This document shows positions 61,625 to 64,000 of a stretch of DNA of 64,000 bases, in pieces. Origin of the DNA: Squalus acanthias (taxonomy: Eukaryota). A model generated the notes under the pieces. The model was not told the DNA's origin, made no database searches, and was given only the letters and a program-made list of their open reading frames with translations. The first letter of the stretch is position 1; each line of letters starts with the position of its first letter. The DNA lies in assembly GCA_030390025.1 (NCBI GenBank), contig JASTWF010000121.1, forward strand, positions 744,001 to 808,000. Reading direction: 5' to 3'. The translations under genes were made by a program, and so were the position numbers.

Positions 61625-61925
61625 AGCTCCCTGCTCCCCCTCTCTCTCCCTCGCTGCTCTCTCTCCCTCCCTCGCTCGCTGCTTTCTCCTTTTGATACTC
61701 TTGGCTCTCTCTCTCTCTCTCCCCCTCTCTCTCTCTCGCTGCTCTCTCTCCCTCGCTCGCTGCTTTCTCCTTTTGATACTCTTGGCTCTCTCTCCCTCGC
61801 TGCTCTCTCTCTCTCTCTCTCTCTCGCTGCTCTCTCTCCCTCCCTCGCTCACTGCTTTCTCCTTTTGATACTCTTGGCTCTCTCTCTCTCTCTCGCTCAA
61901 TGCTCTCAGGGCTCTCTCCCTCTCA
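61625..61925 (+). repeat. CT-rich compound repeat, three copies of ctgctttctccttttgatactcttggctctctc
   Basis: Seen directly. Confidence 0.85.
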
Positions 61926-62404
61926 GAGGAAAGTACATTGTGTCAGTATGTCAGTAATTTGCCATCTGATCAGAGGATTGTCTTAAGACTGAAGCCCCCC
62001 AAGCCACAGCCCAGAAGCACATGATTGCTACTTTGTTGCGAGCTGTCTAAAGTGCAACTTTTCCAAACACACGCTGTAATCTTGCTAATTGAGTTTTCTA
62101 CTTGTGCTGTGTTCGGCTGAACCCAGCTAAGGCTGCCCCACCGTGATGGTGGAATCAAATGTATTCTTCTGTTTTTGATGATTCTGTATTATCTTTGATG
62201 TACAGCAGTTAAATAAAATATTTTACTGCCGTGGGTCCCGTCGTGATTTAGCTATTTGCTGATGAATCATCTTCACGTACCCGGGAATTCTAAATGATCT
62301 TCCCACTTTAACCATTGCTCGAATTTGATCATTTGATAACAGCCATTTTAAACCAGGCTGACAGCAGTTTGAAGATTGCAATAACATGAAGATTGCAACA
62401 TAGC

Positions 62405-62505
62405 ACTACAGTTCTGACGAAGGGTCATTGACCTGAAACGTTAACTCTGTTTCTCTCTCCACAGCCTGACCTGCTGAGTGTTTCCAGCATTTTCTGTTTT
62501 TATTT
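62405..62505 (+). mobile_element. Penelope pLTR fragment with hammerhead core
   Basis: CTGACGAagggtcattgacctGAAACGTTAAC. Confidence 0.7.
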
Positions 62506-62634
62506 ATTATAGCACTGCAGTATCTATTTAACAGGCTGCACCAACCATTTGAGAATCCATTTTTACTCACCAGCATTTGCAAGAATGATTTTTTTGGTCT
62601 TGTTTAAAGTCTGGAGACTGCTGATGAAGTCATA

Positions 62635-63534
62635 GGGAGAAAAATTCGGTTGGTTTGCGCCTTCCGTTAGCACCTTAAGAGGGCACTAATGGGGCGCAAA
62701 GCAACTAGCGCCCGCGCGCGGCGATGTTTGCGCCGCTCACAAAATTAACTAGACATTTTGCGGCGGCGCTAAACACTACCGCCACGTTCTTCTGCGCCGG
62801 CCGATCGTGACGTCAGTCGAGAGTGCAACGCCCCGGTAGCGCCCCGGACCGGATATTGAGTGACGCCCCCTGTCGTACCACCTGCCGTTAGCTACGACAG
62901 GTTGAGGGGAGCGTTTTGCAGTCTGGAAGGGACTGGGGGAGCGCTATTTAAAGGCGACCGCTTCCTGCCTTTTTTTGTCGGCGAAATTTTTGCACCATAC
63001 ATTCTGAGTGAGCGAGAGAGACTGCAGGAGATATTCAAAGCTGTGTTGAGGAGTTTTGGGTACTGAGCAGCACTTTGCAGGTTCTTTCTGGTTTGATCTT
63101 CCTTGCATCGATTTAGAAGAGAATATGGTGGCTGCAGTCTGAGCTGTTTCCCTGGGCCTCTCCATTGTTCTTTCCAGCAGAATTGATGTACTGGTCTCTC
63201 CAGGCCGAGATTCAAGGCTGCAATGAGCAGGGTGTGGATGGAGAGCAAGATCGACCCCCACCCACCCCACTTTAAGAACTGGCCCCTGCCAGTGTGTCTG
63301 TGTACTATTGCTGACTGACATCGCATGAGCTTCACCAGCGCTGTGAGGTAGCGCCTCGCTCCTCGGCCTTTGCGCCTTAAGACAGGTGTGTAGCGCCTGA
63401 TTTAGCGCTCCAATCACCTCCAGGGGCGATAAAAGCCAAGTTTGCAGACAGAGGCGATAATTAGCGCCAGGCGCTAAACTTTGCGCCCGGCCAGTAATCG
63501 CGTCCCAAACGGGGCGATACTGAATTTCTCCCCC
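62635..63534. mobile_element. CpG-rich Harbinger-type MITE
   Basis: GGGAGAAAAATTCGG...CTGAATTTCTCCCCC ends, imperfect TSD ata/gta in a CR1 tail, many GCGCC sub-terminal motifs. Confidence 0.7.
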
Positions 63535-64000
63535 GTAGAGTCATAAGGGCACAGAAGGAGGCCATTCGGCCCATCGAGTCCGTGCCAGCTCTCTGTAGAG
63601 CAATCCAGTCAGTCCCATTCCCCTGATCTATCCCCGTAGCCCTGCAAGTTTATTTCCCTCAAGTGCCTATCCAGTCTCTCCTTGAAAACATTGAGTGTCT
63701 CCGCTTCCACAACTTCCGTCGGCAGCGAATTCCAGGTCCTCACCACTCGCTGCGTAAAAAAGATTTTCCTCACATCCCCCCTGTATCTCTTGCCCAAAAC
63801 CTTAAATCTGTGTCCCCTAGTTCTTGTACCATCAACTAGTGGGACCAGTCTTTCCCCGTCTAGCCCATCCAAACCTGTCATAATCTTGTTCACCTCTATC
63901 AAATCATCCCTCAACCTCCTTTGCTCTAATGAAAACAAATCCAGCTTTTCCAACCTGTCCTTGTAGCTAAGATCCTCCATGTCTGGAACCATTCTGGTAA
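63535..64000 (-). mobile_element. CR1 3' end, continues right of the window
   Basis: ORF 63609-63992, near-identical to 27541-27918. Confidence 0.9.

Overview
Repeat-dense vertebrate genomic DNA, almost certainly from a shark or ray (inferred from an HE1-type V-SINE, a Deu-domain SINE and abundant CR1/L2 LINEs). Most of the window is nested, decayed transposable elements: CR1 LINEs, PIF/Harbinger elements and MITEs, Penelope elements with hammerhead-ribozyme cores, an internally deleted endogenous retrovirus (ERV), a solo LTR and several minisatellites. One host gene is hidden among them on the + strand (about 24379-55947), mostly in exons too short for the ORF track. By manual splicing it encodes a ~365-aa type I membrane protein: leader, two Ig V domains each with a germline-joined J-like G strand (no RSS, no C1 domain), an uncharged TM segment, and a cytoplasmic tail with a YENI motif plus a complete ITAM split by an intron at the position typical of CD3/FcRgamma/DAP12. 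A third V exon, about 97% identical to V2, is truncated by a CR1 insertion. This non-rearranging, antigen-receptor-like, self-signalling receptor is the main finding. The second is a tRNA-Pro-primed ERV with coiled-coil Gag and dual RNase H, resembling lokiretroviruses or other basal retroviruses. All structures and counts were read by eye; no alignments or database searches were run.
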